64,000 bases of DNA from Schmidtea polychroa (Eukaryota): assembly GCA_044892525.1 (NCBI GenBank), contig CM097885.1:13394001-13458000 (forward strand), written 5' to 3'. The translations under genes and the position numbers were made by a program. The notes under the pieces were generated by a model. That model saw nothing but the letters and a program-made list of their open reading frames with translations, had not been told where the DNA came from and did no database searches. How positions within the stretch are numbered: the first letter of the stretch is position 1; the number at the start of each line of letters is the position of its first letter. This document shows, one piece after another, positions 27,836 through 44,200 of this stretch.

Positions 27836-29190
27836 CAGGGGTATTAAACTCAAACTGGCCTGCAAGCCGCATTAGACTAGTATTATAAGCCGGCGGGCCG
27901 CAACATAACTTTTTTTGAAAACAAATACTCGAGAATGTATCATAATTGCAATTTATTAGAAATAGGAAAAAAAACATTATTATGAACATAAAAATGTAAC
28001 ACAAAATTATTTAAATAAAGACAAACAAAGCGCGTAATATATTATTTTTATTTCTGGATACTTAGTTGGCAGCGTTTAGCCACCACAACAACATCAATAT
28101 TAGGAACAATCTTTTGAGATGTAGTCAGTCTTAGTGTTGCTTGTAAATGTTCGCCACTTAACTTTGTTCGTGTTGAAGATTTGTTGAATTTCATCAATGA
28201 AAAAAATTGTTCACAAAGATAAGTGCTTCCAAACATTGCAATAATCTTTACTGCTTGAGAATGCAACCTTGGAAATCTTTCTTGTTAGAGATATGAAAAA
28301 AACTCAAGAATTCCAACATCAGAGTACTTTTGTTTTAAAATAGAATCACACTGAAGCTCCACTAATTCCATCTGAATCTCCTCTGTCACGGATTCAACAT
28401 CAACAGCAAATGGTGTTGAAAAAAGTTGGAACTGTGGTTCAAGCATTTTAAAATATTTAAATCGTGTCTCAAACTGTTGAAGGAGTTCTTTGAGAATACC
28501 TGAATAGAATACCAAGCAATTGGGTTCAATCTTTTTCAGTGACTTGATAGTTTGAAAATGAATGTAGTTACCATTGGAAATTTGTTTGTTCCAGAAGTTC
28601 AGCTTGATTTTGAATGATTTGATGTGATCATACATTTGAGTTATGATCAAATCTTTTCTTTGCAGTTTTGTATTCAGATCATTCAAGTGATCTGTAATAT
28701 CAGTTAGAAAAGCAAGATTGCTGATGAAATTTGAGTCTGTGAGTTCTGGTACTTTTTTGTATTTTATTTTCATGAATGAGTCGATCTCATCCAAAAGATC
28801 AAAAAAATCTTTTAAAAACCTTTCCACGACTGAGCCACCTTACCTCAGTGTGAAATAAAAGTTCACCATGTTGGCTTTCATTGGTAAGAAGGAAAGAAGA
28901 AAATTGCCGGTGGTTTAGACCTCTTGATCTAATAAAATCAACTGTTTTTACAACAATTTTCATTACTTCCTTCATTTTAATATTTTTTCCACACAGAGCT
29001 TCTTGATGCAAAAAGCAATGAATGCTGGTAAAGTTGTTTCCGTGAGGACTGAGGATTTGAAGTTTGTTTTTAATTAGACCAGCAACTCCCACTTTTTTTC
29101 AAAGCATTGCTGGAGCACTATCTGCTTCGAGATTAACTAATTTTGACCAAGGTAGCTCAGTTTTAGCTATACACTCTTCAAGCATTTGAA
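27836..29190 (-). mobile_element. hAT (Charlie/Buster/SPIN, GTF2IRD2-like) transposon 3' half with frameshifted transposase 28048-29190
   Basis: HCFLHQEALC, TEVRWLSRG, LAFLTDITDHLNDLN, FGSTYLCEQFFS motifs; CAGGGGT terminus at 27836. Confidence 0.9.
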
Positions 29191-30473
29191 AAATTCTAAA
29201 GAAAGATTCTAACTAATCAACCCCCCTCCCCCAGATCGTACAGACAAAAACGTACAAGCCGCCAGTTGGTCGAAGAAACTAGAGAGAAATTAACTAAATA
29301 AAGCAGTCAGCGATCAGAGGATAAAATCTAGTAATTGAAAGCAAAATTTAACTCTCGTACCACAAAAAGTGATTGCCCATTGAGTTGTCTACCATAGCGA
29401 GCAATATTTATTGTAGAGAAAGATGCAAATCTAGTGACGAATTGTAATTGTGATTGAAGTCTAATAAAGTTATTCTGTGTTGGGTTTCGATTTATTTGTT
29501 TAAATAAGAACACAAGTAGTCAGAGAAAACCTACTTGCATAAATTAATAACCTAACAGCTTTTACAAACAAAGTTCTCTGCTTAAAGTTTTATTCTTTAT
29601 TTTTAATTCATTTTTATGTAGATTTCTTTACATTTTACAATCGTATTTCATTGATAATTTATTAAATAATAAAATTAATTAAAGAGTTTAAAAATTTTCT
29701 AAATTGAAAAGAATGAAAATTAAAAATTACCAAATATAAGTAAATTTCGATGGTTCAACATTTTATGGTTCGACAGCAAGATCGACAGCCCACCTAAAAT
29801 ACCATCATGATGAACCATCGAGCGGTTTTAATAATAATATTTTATTGACCCATAAAAACGAGACGTTTCATAATTAAAAATTTGAACTTGTACTTGTGGC
29901 TTTCTGTAACATTTTGTGATTATTTGCCAGTCGTTATATCTTCATTATTGATCATCTGGATAGTTGTACTGGAGACTGTTAAGATGTAAAGATATAAAAC
30001 AGAAAAAATGAACAACCTATGAATAATAAAAGTAGAGATGCACATCTAAAGAGAATGGACTGCAAATGAAAGAATTTTATGCATCTGTAACATTTATTAT
30101 AGACTGAGTACATGACAAGGGGTAACAAAATGATGAAGATTAATATGTGATTTGTATAATAGGCTTGTTATAATATTTTATAAATAAAAGATAATTTAAA
30201 AATAATAGTTTTCAAATATGAGTTAGCTTGTTCTCTAGAGCTCAATATTTTTTTAAATTTTTATTTATTCCCGAATGAAATCGCTTTAAATTAAAATGTC
30301 GAACCATCGAATGTAATTTATTTATTTTTTACGCTGATGATTTAGAGGTGACGAAAAATTGAAATTCACTTGTATGTGAATTGAAAATTCTCCAAAAAAT
30401 ATCAATTAATTATAAAATATTATTTTCCTTTATATTTGAATAAATGCTATAAAATATTTATTAATTTTCTCAG

Positions 30474-30652
30474 TACCCCCATGGGCAGTTTATGTAATTG
30501 GAATAGCAATAATCCTCGTCATCCTCATAATTTTCTTTTGCCTCATAAAGTTTTGTTGCTGCAAAAGACGAAAAAAATCAAAGAGTGGCGGGAAAAAAGG
30601 AAAAAATACAACAAAGAACATGAAAATCATTGGTGGAGCTGTTGATAATAAG
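30474..30652 (+). CDS. Syt1: Synaptotagmin-1-like, TM exon
   Basis: PPWAVYVIGIAIILVILIIFFCLIKFCCCKRRKKSKSGGKKGKNTTKNMKIIGGAVDNK: PPW-TM-Cys cluster-polybasic; CAG| and |GTTTGT. Confidence 0.9.
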
Positions 30653-30660
30653 GTTTGTTT

Positions 30661-31019
<359 letters not shown>

Positions 31020-31906
31020 TAAACAATTGTTAGAAACAGAAAAGTTAAAAATGATAAAAATTAAAAAATACAATTTGAAATTTTGAAAAATATTCAAAAT
31101 TGCTAGGATTTTTTAAAGTTTGAAATTACACAGGCAGCTCTTGCGAAAATATTTTATAACTTATTAATTACTTAAAAATTACGCCATATCGCCGTTGACT
31201 TAACGGGAATCGAAGTAATAGATCCTACTTCAATTCTGGCAACGTTTTGTTGTATTTTATAACTGCTCGTATTTGTTGAAGTTGTTTCAAGTGACATTAT
31301 ATTTGAATGCCTCTCTCATTTAAATTCGTTTCCAAGCTTTTGTTGCTACTCAAGCTTCACACTGAAAAAATATGTAAAAATATAAATTTTCCTTCTTCAT
31401 TATTTCTTGAAAATGTTTGGTGTGCCACGGAAATTTTCCGATTTACTTGGTGTGCCATGATCCAAAAAAGGTTGGGAAACACTGATTTGTTTAAATATAT
31501 AAACTTTTAAATTGAAAAAATAAAAAATTCCCTTAAAAATGTAAAGATATTTAAAATATATTTTATTAAATTTTTATGAAAATATGCAGATTTATTCATA
31601 ACTTGATTTGGTGGTATTGAAATTATTGTCTCTAATTTGTTTGAATATTGAAGATTAATGAAGACATTTGATTAGGAATAAATTTTCTTGACTTCAAAAT
31701 TTAATAATTTTAATGTTATTACGACAGATAACAAATAAATTTTTATAAATCAAAATTCTTCTTTTTATTATTATTATTAAGTAATGATTTCTTGGTAACA
31801 GCATTTATTATTTAAAACAATAAAATGATAATTTAAACCTTTTGCTGAAAATATTTTCATTAAATACGTCATATGCAGCAAAAGGCTTAAATTATCACTT
31901 TATTGC

Positions 31907-32098
<192 letters not shown>

Positions 32099-32115
32099 GA
32101 TTTTTTTATTTTAAG

Positions 32116-32238
32116 ACTCAATCAGATGAAGAAGATTTGGTTTTAGATAAAGATGACGATAGTGAAAAGAAAGAAGAGGAAAAAGAATTTTTGGGAAAAT
32201 TAGAATACAAATTAGATTACGATTTTACTAAAGGAGAG
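32116..32238 (+). CDS. Syt1: Synaptotagmin-1-like, acidic linker and start of C2A
   Basis: TQSDEEDLVLDKDDDSEKKEEEKEFLGKLEYKLDYDFTKGE; AG/GT bounded, phase 0-0. Confidence 0.93.
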
Positions 32239-34756
32239 GTTAGTCAATAAAAGTTTTTTATTTTCTTTATATTATAGTAACTGTAAAAATCTCCAATATC
32301 ATCCTTCTTATTTAATAATGTTGTCATAAAAATATATGAACCACAAGATTTATGACATATTCTTGCTCGAAAATTTAATTAAATCTGAAATTGGGACTTG
32401 AAAAAATATCTGTCAATCATACTTTAAAATTTGCTATAGAAATAATATTAAACTCATATAATGAAAGGACACTAAGGACAACTACTAAAGGAAATCTTGA
32501 CAGATTTTAATGAACATTCGAAAAAAGATGTTGAATAAAATATGAAAATTGTATATTATTATTATTTCGAAAATAACCAAATGTTGTTAACAGCAAAGAA
32601 AAGAAAATTTATGCTATTTAATGATGATTTTTTTCTTGACCTCCGATTTTTTGGAATTAAAGAAAAATACAAAGAGTTCTTTCTTCGATCACCTTTGGGT
32701 TGTCCTTAAGACTTAATTGGTGTGATGTCATAGAAGAAATAAATTTTAATTTTTAACTATTGGTGACTTCTGTTAGAAATGTACTTTTAAATCCATAAAA
32801 TCAAATATTAAAACAAAATGCCTTCATTCAAATTAAATAATTAAATTATTAAATAATTAATAAAATTAAATAATTGAATTATTACCTATCAATAAATTGA
32901 GAAATAAAACTTTGGGTTTGTCTTTCACCGTGTATCAAACTTTACAATTTTGTATCACCCAAACAAATTTGTTTAAATTATTCAGCTTAGGTCAATGAAA
33001 GGGATTTTATTTGGGAGGAAAAACCTGTAAATTATTAATTAAAGCGAAATTCTCTAGTCAGACAAAAACTGTATTGCATTACATTGAGTCTGTCAATGAT
33101 ATTCATGAAGGGAGGATAAATACTTTTCGATGTGACTTTTTGTTTTAATACAAAAAAACCTTTCCCCTAATTTCAATGGGTAACAAAACAGTTCGTATTA
33201 AATTAATATTAAATAAGGCGAGTTATCCGTTAAATTGTTATTGTAATATTATCAGTTAAGGAACTGACAATCTTCATTGGTAGCAGATAATAGGAAGTCC
33301 ACATTAGGCCATAGGAAAGGAAGATTGTGCATTTATTTCGGTTAATAATATTTTCTGACAGAAATAAGCGCTCATTCTGACTATTAGGCTATTTGTATTA
33401 AAACAATGAGACCGAATATTGAAATTTTATTTAACAACACAACAATACAATTCGGTTTTAGCTACTAAATAAAATTTTACATTTTACACTAAGTAAACAT
33501 TGCAAGCAATCATAAAAATTCAATGAAACACCTTATAAACATTGAATAAATAACAACAACCCATAATTAAAAGTAAAACACGAATAATAAATTTTTCTCT
33601 CATACAAGTGGCCGGTAAGAAGATGACTGAAACCTATGCCTTATTGAAGCATATATTGTATTTAGTCTCGAGTCAGATAGACTGTTTCGACGGTTTCCTG
33701 CCTCAGTGAGACAGGTGAAATTTGTGCGCTGGTTTTGACGCAAACTTATCGTCGCGAGCATATCACCATCTGGTTTTGTGGACCAAATGTCGACGGGGTG
33801 GATGTCGAGTGGATTGAGGCCTAAAACAAAAGCGCAATTATAAATTACAGATAAAGGAAGTTTCTTGACTTGGGTTGATTTGGGATACCGAAACAGAAAA
33901 GTGTAGAAAATGCCGTAGGTTGTTGGTAGTGTCAGGCACAAAAATGTTTTCTAAATTCCTAATTAAGTGTTAAGCACATAGGTGTTTTCCAAATTCCTGG
34001 TAATTCCTAATTCCTAAATTACTAAATATTTTTATATATTTATTCTATAGGCTTAAAAGGTTGTGAGAGGGTAAATATACAGCTCTCAGTATATACTAAA
34101 ATCAAATGAAAATATTTAAATATCAATAAAAATAATTTAATAGTGACTCTAACTCAAGAATGAAATAATAATAATGAGTAATAATAATAAATAAATAATA
34201 ATAAATAAATAACAATAATAAATAAATAATAATAAATAAAAAATAATAAAATTGCATTATCTAATAAGTGAAAATTGATATTCATTAGAATTCATAATTT
34301 AATAGTTTAAAGTTACTTTCAATTTTATTTATTTATTAAAATATTCGAAAAATATCTACAATTAATCTCTGGAGAAGAATAAATTATTGAAAAAATATAT
34401 TTTATCAGATCATATTTACTTTTACATATAGAATCGGGAGTGGAGGGTTTGTAGGAAATGTAGAGTTTTTTTCTATAGATAACTGATTTTATTGTTTTGC
34501 TAAACTTAAATGAAGAACTCACGAGATAATTATGTTTATCATTGACAGGAAAGGACTGGCACTAAATCCTCTACGAATTTTCTGATATTTCTATTATTAA
34601 CCTCCTGAATGTGGTTAAAATAAAAAAAAATTGTTAAAATATTTGCAGTTATCAAAATGCCAATTTGTGAAGGTTTGACCGATTGTTAATAATAAGTGGA
34701 ATAACATTTATTAATATTTAAATATTTTCGGCATTGCTTTTATCAAGTGAATTTAA

Positions 34757-35019
<263 letters not shown>

Positions 35020-36336
35020 CTTTTATTCAGTCAATCAGAAGTGACTGTGCTAGATGGCTCACATGTCCCTACTTTTATAGTTTATCATTATTTCTTTTAA
35101 TTATTTTCCCAATATTTAAAATTTTCAATCTTCACAAATATAACTATGAAATTTATGCCTAATTTCAATTTTACTAGAAACATTCGGGCAATAACAATGT
35201 CCATTTCAGACTTCTAAATATATTAAGAATTACCTTACCTGTCCACATCCGTCTTATATTTATCACTACCGTGTCTTAAAAATACAAATCAAGGAAATTC
35301 TGAATTTCGGATTTTATGATTTTTTGACAGGTACAGGTCCGGCTTAGAGGTTGGGACTTCGGAAATTTTTTCTCGAGATTCCGCGCTTTCACATTTCTAA
35401 CAATTATCAGTAGCTAGGGCAAGTTTTTGACACAAAATTCAACGCACATGTTACAAATTAAAGTTAATTAAACATTAAGGTTAGAAGGGATGACTATGTT
35501 GTCAATAGCGCAGGAAGTAACGAAACAGATAAGTTTTGATTATATAATCAAGGAATTAGCAGTTAAAAAGTGTGTACGAAATAAGAATAAAAAATATTAT
35601 GTTTATGTATGTATATTATTGAATATATTGAAGGAATAAATATTTCATTAAATAAATTGATAAAATTATGTTCATGTACTATTTCGTCCTTTGTGGGAAG
35701 AGGCCCCGCATATAATATTTTCCCGAGGCCCCGCAAAGCGATACTTACATGGCTAAGGATGCAATAAACAAAATTGTTTACAGCAGAGATTTTCAATCCT
35801 TTTAGCAGCGGAGTCTCGATATTAAAAATGAGTTTAAAATATCATATATTCAGACTACATACATTTATTTTTTATACGATTGAAGTACAGAAGTATATAA
35901 ATTCTAGAAATTATTTTGAGTTGTTACATCAAAAATTAAAGAAATTGTAAAATTTTAAGGAGCCCTTTGGAACTTGCCAAGGAGCCCTCGAGCTCCGTGG
36001 AGCACACATAAAAAACCACTGGTTTACGGAATTAAAAAGCTAATAATATGATCGAATTTAAAGAGGGTAGAATAAAGTGGTTAGTTGTCACTATTAAAAT
36101 ATATCTAGCATTTGTTGCAAATCCAGCCTAAAAAAATAATAATTTAATAGGAATATAATTTATTATTAAAACTGCATTCATAAATAGCCATCTGCCACAG
36201 CAGTCAAATATCAAATCTCATAATCTGAATAATTTCATCTGCCTAAAATTAGTTCATTTCAGCCGATCTCTCTCCGTATTTTAACCATTTAGGAATAATA
36301 ATTTTATTTGTTGATTAATGTAAAGTTTATTTACAG

Positions 36337-36504
36337 CTTACAGTTGGAATTTTGCAAGCTCAAGAACTGCCAGCACTCGATATGAACGGAACGTCAGATC
36401 CTTACGTCAAAGTATTTATGAAACCAGATAAAAAGAAAAAATTTGAAACAAAAGTTCATCGAAAAACCTTAAATCCAGTCTTCGATGAAGTTTTTCTTTT
36501 TAAA
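36337..36504 (+). CDS. Syt1: Synaptotagmin-1-like, C2A exon
   Basis: [56 protein letters not shown]. Confidence 0.97.
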
Positions 36505-36605
36505 GTAATACTTTGATTTTTGTTCTCGAAAAAATAATTATCTTTATTATTATTAAATAAATACAATGTCAATTAAAAAGAAATCAGAGGTGAAATTGAA
36601 AAGAA

Positions 36606-36712
<107 letters not shown>

Positions 36713-37502
36713 TAATAATAATAGCTGTGAGATGTTAAATTTTAGAGATTTAAACCTCAAAGTTTTTAAAAGACAAAGATTTTAAAAATTGAATATTAAT
36801 TGAAAATTTGAATATAATTTAAAATGATGAGAAATGAATTCAGAATTAAATATATTTAACGCTTTTATAAACGGGTTTAACAATATCTCGTTCCGTTTTT
36901 CACTATTTACCTATTTGTTAATAAAAAAATGCTTTCACAACTTAAACGCAAAACATTACAAGCGATTGGCATAAATACAATACAAAAAATTCTATAGTTT
37001 GTTGACGACTCATTGACAACCTCATTACATTATTTTGTACTTTTCAATTACTAAATAAAATAAGTTCAATGTAATTACATTAAAAAATTCTATATAGCAT
37101 TTTTTTGCTTTTTATAAATTAAAAAAATATTGAGATATGCATCGAATTTCAAATTGTTACTAAGGAGTTCGAATACCCTAAGTCTTAGGGCCTAAGAGAT
37201 TGAAAAACCCTGCCCAAAAATATCTTCAACAAAAATAGCAGTATAAGTTAAATGTTAAACAAGTATATATTTTTGGGCAAAATATGTATTAAGTGAGACA
37301 ACTTTCGATTATAATAATATTTTACAATTTTATAATCGAAAGTTTTCTCACTTAATATTTATTTTGCATTAAAGGCTTATCTTGTCATTTACTTGCTTAA
37401 AAACAACAGTAATTAAATAAATTAAATGGTGGCTCTAAAATTAGGTAACAAATTAAATTTCAAAATGATTATGTAGTAATCAAATTAGTTATTAGGTGTA
37501 TA

Positions 37503-38468
37503 TAACTGCGAAATATAACATTATCTATAATCTAAAAAAATCAATAAATATATATTATAGGAACACACAAACTTACCTGTGTGTAAAAGTTTAATGCTGC
37601 GAAAGTTAACATATTTATTATAGGAATCTAAAAAGTGAGAGAAAATAATTAAGCATACAAACACAGCACACATAATGAAAAATATATACAAAATTAAGTA
37701 AAGTGTTTTTTATGCGAAATTAACATTGATTAACATATACCTAAGTAATTAACATATCAATATTTTTAAATTATTTAAAAAGTTATGTACAAAAAAACTT
37801 TTGAATCAGATTCTGACTGCTCTACTTTGAGATTTAGGGAAAAAGAAGAAATTAAATCGTAAGATTTAATTATAAAATAATTTAGAATATAAAATTTCTT
37901 TAGATTTGCAGATATTGAAGAAGGTCCTTCGAAATCTTTGAATTTGCAGGAAAAAATCGCAAATCGTAAATTTTAATAAATTATTTTAACAAATTAATAT
38001 TTTCATAGAATTACAGAAATAGACAAAATTCGAAAGAAGATTACAAAAACTTAAAAAATATTTTATCCATTCTTTACTAAATGTCTTAAAAAAATAAATG
38101 TTTAGTGAATACTTTATTTATTTATAATTATAAAAATATCTAACTTACATTTTTAAGAAATAAATCCAAATAAATCCAAATAAAATACCATAAAATTCCT
38201 AAAAAACACCTGAAATTTAATTATCAATGTTATATTATAAATGCTGACTAACAGTAATATTTAAGAACTTGAATAATGATCTCATAATTATATAAAATCA
38301 AAATTCAAGTCCTAAAAATTACTTAAATTCAAAAACTTACCTTAAAACGATTTTTGAAAAATTGAAAAAATGAAATTAAGTTAACATTGTCATATAATTG
38401 GTGACTCACCTCAGGTGGTGTGCACACCAACGTATATTATAGACAATGTTAACTTTCGCAGTTAGGTG
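37503..38468. mobile_element. Tc1/mariner-type non-autonomous element (~950 bp), copy 1
   Basis: TIR ...TAGACAATGTTAACTTTCGCAGTTAGGTG followed by TA; left terminus damaged; inverted homolog of 55292-56233. Confidence 0.85.
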
Positions 38469-39324
38469 TAAGCTAAATGATATATGAGCAACAGTATTGT
38501 GAATATTTGTTTGAGTTTCATTGGTTGCATGTTTAAGTATTTTGCACTTGATACAATATCACCAATTGATTTCCTTAAATTGGTCTTCGTATAGAAAAAA
38601 TTATATCATAAAATAGATTTTGTTATTGATATTTAATAATTAACTTATCACCACAAATCACTTACAATAATTATTAAATAATCTGATTATTAATTAAAGA
38701 ATTTTTTTTATATTTATTATGTAGTAATTTCTTTATTTTTCAATTAATTAACATTAATGATATTATTGCATAAAATAATCTAGAAATATGATTTTTTTAG
38801 CTGAAGTTTTTTTATCTACAACAAACTAATAAAATGAATTTATTGATAACCAGAGAAATGAAATTTATTTTTATTATTATTATTTTTTATATATAATAAA
38901 TATTCAATATATAAACAACAATATTTTATGATTGGTCTAATAATCATTTTACGACAGAATTTATTCCAAGATCTGAATAAATAAATAATTTGCATTAGTT
39001 CCAAATTTAATTATTTCCAATTATTAATTATTATTATAAAATAATTTTTAATTTGAATATTTTTTAAAGCGAAAATTAATTTATAATTTTTATTTTCATT
39101 TCATTCATTTTTCGATATAAATCATTATTTTTTTCTGTTGTACACATACTCATCACGATAACTTATTTTCAAGTCAAATTTTTTAAATTTATTTAAACTT
39201 CTTAAAATTTAAACAAACATCGCTTTTTGAATCAAATATAAAATAGTGACATGTCACAAGAGCCTTCATGTATATCAAGAAAATGTCAAGAGATGCCATT
39301 CGTGTTCATAACATTAACGGAACC

Positions 39325-40221
39325 TAGTGCATGGCCCCCACATCCTAGATTGGACCCCAATGCCAGGATTTTCGGCGGGCCCCCAAACTATATACCGCTT
39401 GATGCTCTACAGGAATTAGGATAAAATAGGGCGGATTAAATGATGGCAAGAAAGTAACATTAAAAATTTATTAAAAATAAACTACAGTTTTTAGCTTTAC
39501 ATTTTAAAAAAACATAGACTATGGTAGAATCTTACAATAATATCAAAAATTATCTCAAAGTAGACAGTATTTTCTAGCTTTTGTCAATGCAAATTTTTCA
39601 CTGACATCATTAAAATCAACTTTCTTTGCTAAATCATTTTCGATACTTAAAATTGCTAGATGATTGAGTCGATCTTGACTAATTGTGCTTCTTTGCCATG
39701 TTTTTAATGAATTTTCCAGCCTGCTGAATGATCTTTCAGCTGAAGAAATCGTAACTGGTACGGTACAAAACAGTTTAATGGCGAGGCAGATATTAGCAAA
39801 TATACCTTGCAGTTTTTTGTCATAAATTGCATTCAGAAGTTTTGTTGGACTTCTTTCAGTTCCAAAAACTGTTTTGTGGATATTTTTAAAATGAAGGATT
39901 TCGTGCGATTGAATTTTTTTTTTAATGTATCAATACAGACAAGTGTTTTCCATCGGCAATACGGCATATATTAATGTCCGAATGGAGATAAATCACCAAC
40001 ACGATGATGAAAGGATTAGCGGAATAATATAATGTGCCTATAGCAAAATGCAGTAATTAATTTTGGTTGATATGTACAAAACAAAAGTCAATATTTAACA
40101 AGTTCCTTTCTGTCTTATGTTCATCTCATTTAGCTAACCGACTTGCTACGGCGGGCCCCATTAATCCCGGGCCCTAGGGCTAGAGCCTTGTCAGCGTCTC
40201 CCATGTGGGGGCCATGACCTA
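39325..40221 (-). mobile_element. Deleted hAT element retaining the dimerisation domain
   Basis: TIRs TAGTGCATGGCCCCCAC / GTGGGGGCCATGACCTA; minus strand LFCTVPVTISSAERSFSRL...RSTISQDRLNHLAILSIE at about 39600-39800. Confidence 0.82.
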
Positions 40222-40909
40222 CTGAACCTAGTCAAAATTGAAATTTACAACTATTCCGATGCTGGCATATTTGGTGGTTTAACGTTTGTCAACAAACACC
40301 CTGAAGTATGATCAAATGATACTAATTTGTTGTATATCGATATCAACTATTTATATGGCTGGGAATAAGGTAAAAATTACCATATTGTGATTCTTAATGG
40401 GTCCATGGCAAAAATTGATTACCAATTATTATAAGTGAATGCCACAGTGGAAATCTGGAATCATTATCGAATGGATATACTATGATTGTTCACGATAGGG
40501 ACGTGTTTTATTTGTCTGAAAATATGCTATCAATCGAAGTGTTGGAAAATATTTCTTCGACAATCTGATCTTCACAATCATTAGGTATTTAGAAAATTTG
40601 ATTTAAGTCAAGTCGTTTCAATATACATGTTGGAAAAAATAACTCCCTTCGTACCATTTCAAATATGTATGACTGAATACAGGTTCATCGCTAAATAACC
40701 AATGTAATGGTTCCAAAATATTATTAGAATTAATAATAACATAATTCTTTAATAATATCTTTATGACAGAAAATATTAATAAAGTAACAAGACATTTTTT
40801 AAAAACATTTATTTAATTACTATGTTTATACATTGACCAAACAAGACAATGTTGATCATATGTATCATTTAATGGATATTGAAATCAAATTTTATTATAT
40901 TAAATAGGT

Positions 40910-41110
40910 TTACAATATTATTATAGTTTTGCTTATCAATGGAACATGATAATGGTATCTCATGAGGTCGAAAACATTTATCTTGTTCGGTTTCACATAG
41001 ACTGCAATCCAATGTTCTCTACCAAGAGTAGATGAATCAGTGTTGGCAACTGTGGCTTGATTGTTTTTTAAATAAGGACTTTTATCTAATAAATACACAA
41101 AAAAACTCGT
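40910..41110 (-). pseudogene. Maverick/Polinton adenain-like cysteine protease remnant
   Basis: VANTDSSTLGREHWIAVYVKPNKINVFD fits the NTD-x5-G-x-HW...(Y/V)FD pattern. Confidence 0.7.
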
Positions 41111-41269
41111 TTCCCAATATTTGAGTACCAATTGATTGAAGTCAAAATCAAAGGTCAAAACCAATGTGAAAGATTTAAATTCAAGAGTTATACCACAATT
41201 CAGGTTTTTATCCAAATACCTCATATTTTTCACAATACTTTGCATATATATAGCACATTAATTATGCAA

Positions 41270-44200
41270 GACAATTGTGTAATAATGAACATGAAATAGT
41301 AGACATGTTTCAAACATTAAAAAACATGCCCAACCGCACCAAACAATTCACTATAATTATTAATTAGATAATTTAATCATTAGATTACCTATATCCACCA
41401 GTTTAAAAGGCTTTAACCCTTTGTTATTTAAGTTTGTCAAAAACATTTTCACACTCATCAGACGATTGAAGCATATCTTTGGTAGACCTAATTAATTTTG
41501 TTAAAGGTCGGAATATACTTGAATAGTTTTTAATAAATTTCCGGTAATAGTTGGTTAATCATAAAAAACTAAGGAGGTTTTTACACAATGAGGTTTTCTA
41601 AAATTAATCAAGTACTAAATTTTTCAGGGTTAGCAATTTATCATGTGTCCTAGAAATTTTAATCTGTCACTAAAAATTTACTTTTATCAATATTTCAACC
41701 ATGAATCGCTAATTGTTTTAAATAATCTTTCAATACGTTTCTCTTGTCGTCTAAATATACCATTACTTGACTACGTCATATCTTCAACTATGATAGCCAA
41801 TAGTTTTTGGAATGTAGATGGAGCTACTGCTATGCCAAATGGCATTCTATTAAAACAATACTTTCCATATATTTTTTCTTTTAATTCTTCTTGAAATTCA
41901 ACTCGACATTACGCGTTTCCTATATCGAATGAACTAAAATACATAGACCCATATAATGAGTACAACATTTCATCAACATTAGGAATTGGAAATGTCGGCT
42001 TAAAGATGTTTTCCTTTAATAATCTAAAGTCTAAGCACATTCAAATATCATTTGTAATTTCTTTCGCAACACAAGCAATCGGTGAATTACAGGAGATTCA
42101 CATTTCCTTATAATTCCCTTATTCTCCAAGTTTTCTATTATTTCTTTAAGTTTATTCTCGTAATGTATCGGTTGTCATTTTGGTTTATTTATTACTGGGT
42201 TACAATTTGTTTATATTTTATTCTTTAAAATATCTGTGAGACCTATGTCCCATTTATTCAACATAATTATATTTGGAAAGCTCTTTATTAACGCATGTGT
42301 TAATCAATTTTTCAAATTCATTTTTATTAATTCTGTTATTCCCAAAATTACGTTCTGAGCTTAGTAAAAATTTATTATTTCTAATGTTATCAACTATTTA
42401 TGTAATTTCATTTCGTTTAATATATCAATGACTAAAATAACCCAAATGTTGCCACCGTCCTTTTAAAAGAACGCTCCTTATATATTTTTTTATTTTGCAT
42501 ACGCTAGTTATTTAGAGATATCTATAATAAGAATGTGTTTAGCACATCACAATTACAAGTCTTGACCAGTTAACTTCTTTGTTTATTCTTGATTTTGTAT
42601 ACACTGCGGTATTTAGTTCTATGATAGTGCAAGAAGTTTTATGTTTTTTTTGAATAAAATAGTTTTGGCAACATATGGGATAATTTCTGGGTAAATTTCA
42701 TTTGCAATGTAAATATTTTCAATTATAATCAATTTTTCGTATTTAATTTCACTATTTCCAAAACCACATATTTATTTTTCTCACAATAGCACAACTTATC
42801 ATTTTATAATTTTCACTCTTGATATTAATTTTTATTAGCTACTGCTTTAATTAAAACCCTAATTTTAGCACATGTATTTACTAATAAATTTAATTCTATA
42901 TTTTTCATTTTAATCATTTTAATTATCATTATTATAGTTAATTAAATTTAAATAATTATCATTAAAATCGTAAAAATTATTTTAAAATTCATTATTTTCA
43001 TTCTTTGCAAAGGTTTCATCATTCTATATGTTCATTCATTTCAAATCATCAATATTTACATGTGTAAATTCATTAAATTTTTTTCTATTAAACAAACATT
43101 CAAAATCATCATTTAAACATTCCTTATCACATTCATACTTTAACAGTCTCATATAAGAATTATCATTAATTACTTTTGATTGAGAGCGTCTAGCACACCC
43201 CTTTTATTGAAACTTGATAATTTTCCGACTCGTCATTAAATCAAATACTCATTAATAAATTTTTATCATTCATAGCTGCAATACGCTGTTTGTAATCACG
43301 ATCACTGTGTTGATTTCTAAAATTCCTAAAGTTTTCATTATTTTACTCATTAGAATTTTCATAATTTCTAAAATTTCTTTCTTTATTAAAATTTCTAAAA
43401 TTCTCTGTTATTGTTGGGTCATTGTAATCTATTTACTTGGTTTCATCTAATATGCCTGTTAAAACATTGAAATTGTAAATTTCCATTTCCATTTCAAATT
43501 GGAAACATTGAATTTTCGGACATTCTCGTCTGATATGACTTTTTGCAATCATAACATTGAATTTGACGTTGAAAATTTCATTTTTTCTGTTTTGGAAATT
43601 ATTATTTTTATACAAAGGTTTAGACTTCATTGGATTGTTATTATTACGAACCACTTCTGAATAGCTCCTTTTATTCATTGCGTTTCGAATCTTCCACTTT
43701 TTCAAAATACATTTTATGTGTTTATTTATTTACTTTTTCATTGTCAACTTTTCTTTCCTGTTTGTAGAGTTTCACTTTAATTAAGTCCTCTGTAATTTCG
43801 TAACGCTGAATTTCATTTCTGTCTTCTTTAAAATCCAAACAATATTTTTAAAAAAATGCTGTTAATTTACTGCTTGTAATTTTATGCTTCAGTACACGCT
43901 CAAAATATTTCTCTATAGTCTTGATATAGTCGTTGACAGTTGAATTGACTTCAATAGCTCAAAGCAATAGCTCTGTGCATCAAAAACCTTTCTTAATCTT
44001 CCTTCCAAATTGTTTTCAAATAGTTTTTCATCATATTTCTTCCTGCTTCTCTCGCTGTTCATCTAGTTTGATCATATCAAAATTGTTTTTTATTGACATG
44101 ACAAATTCTTCAAGTTCTTCACCAATTGAGTACATTTTTGTTTGAGTAATAATCTACAGCCATGTGGTCGCCATGTTAAATAATTCAAAGTCTGGTAAAT

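Noticed and set aside
33600..33941. 113-aa ORF in a locally GC-richer segment
   Set aside because: No recognisable motif and a non-ATG start; probably an unclassified repeat fragment.
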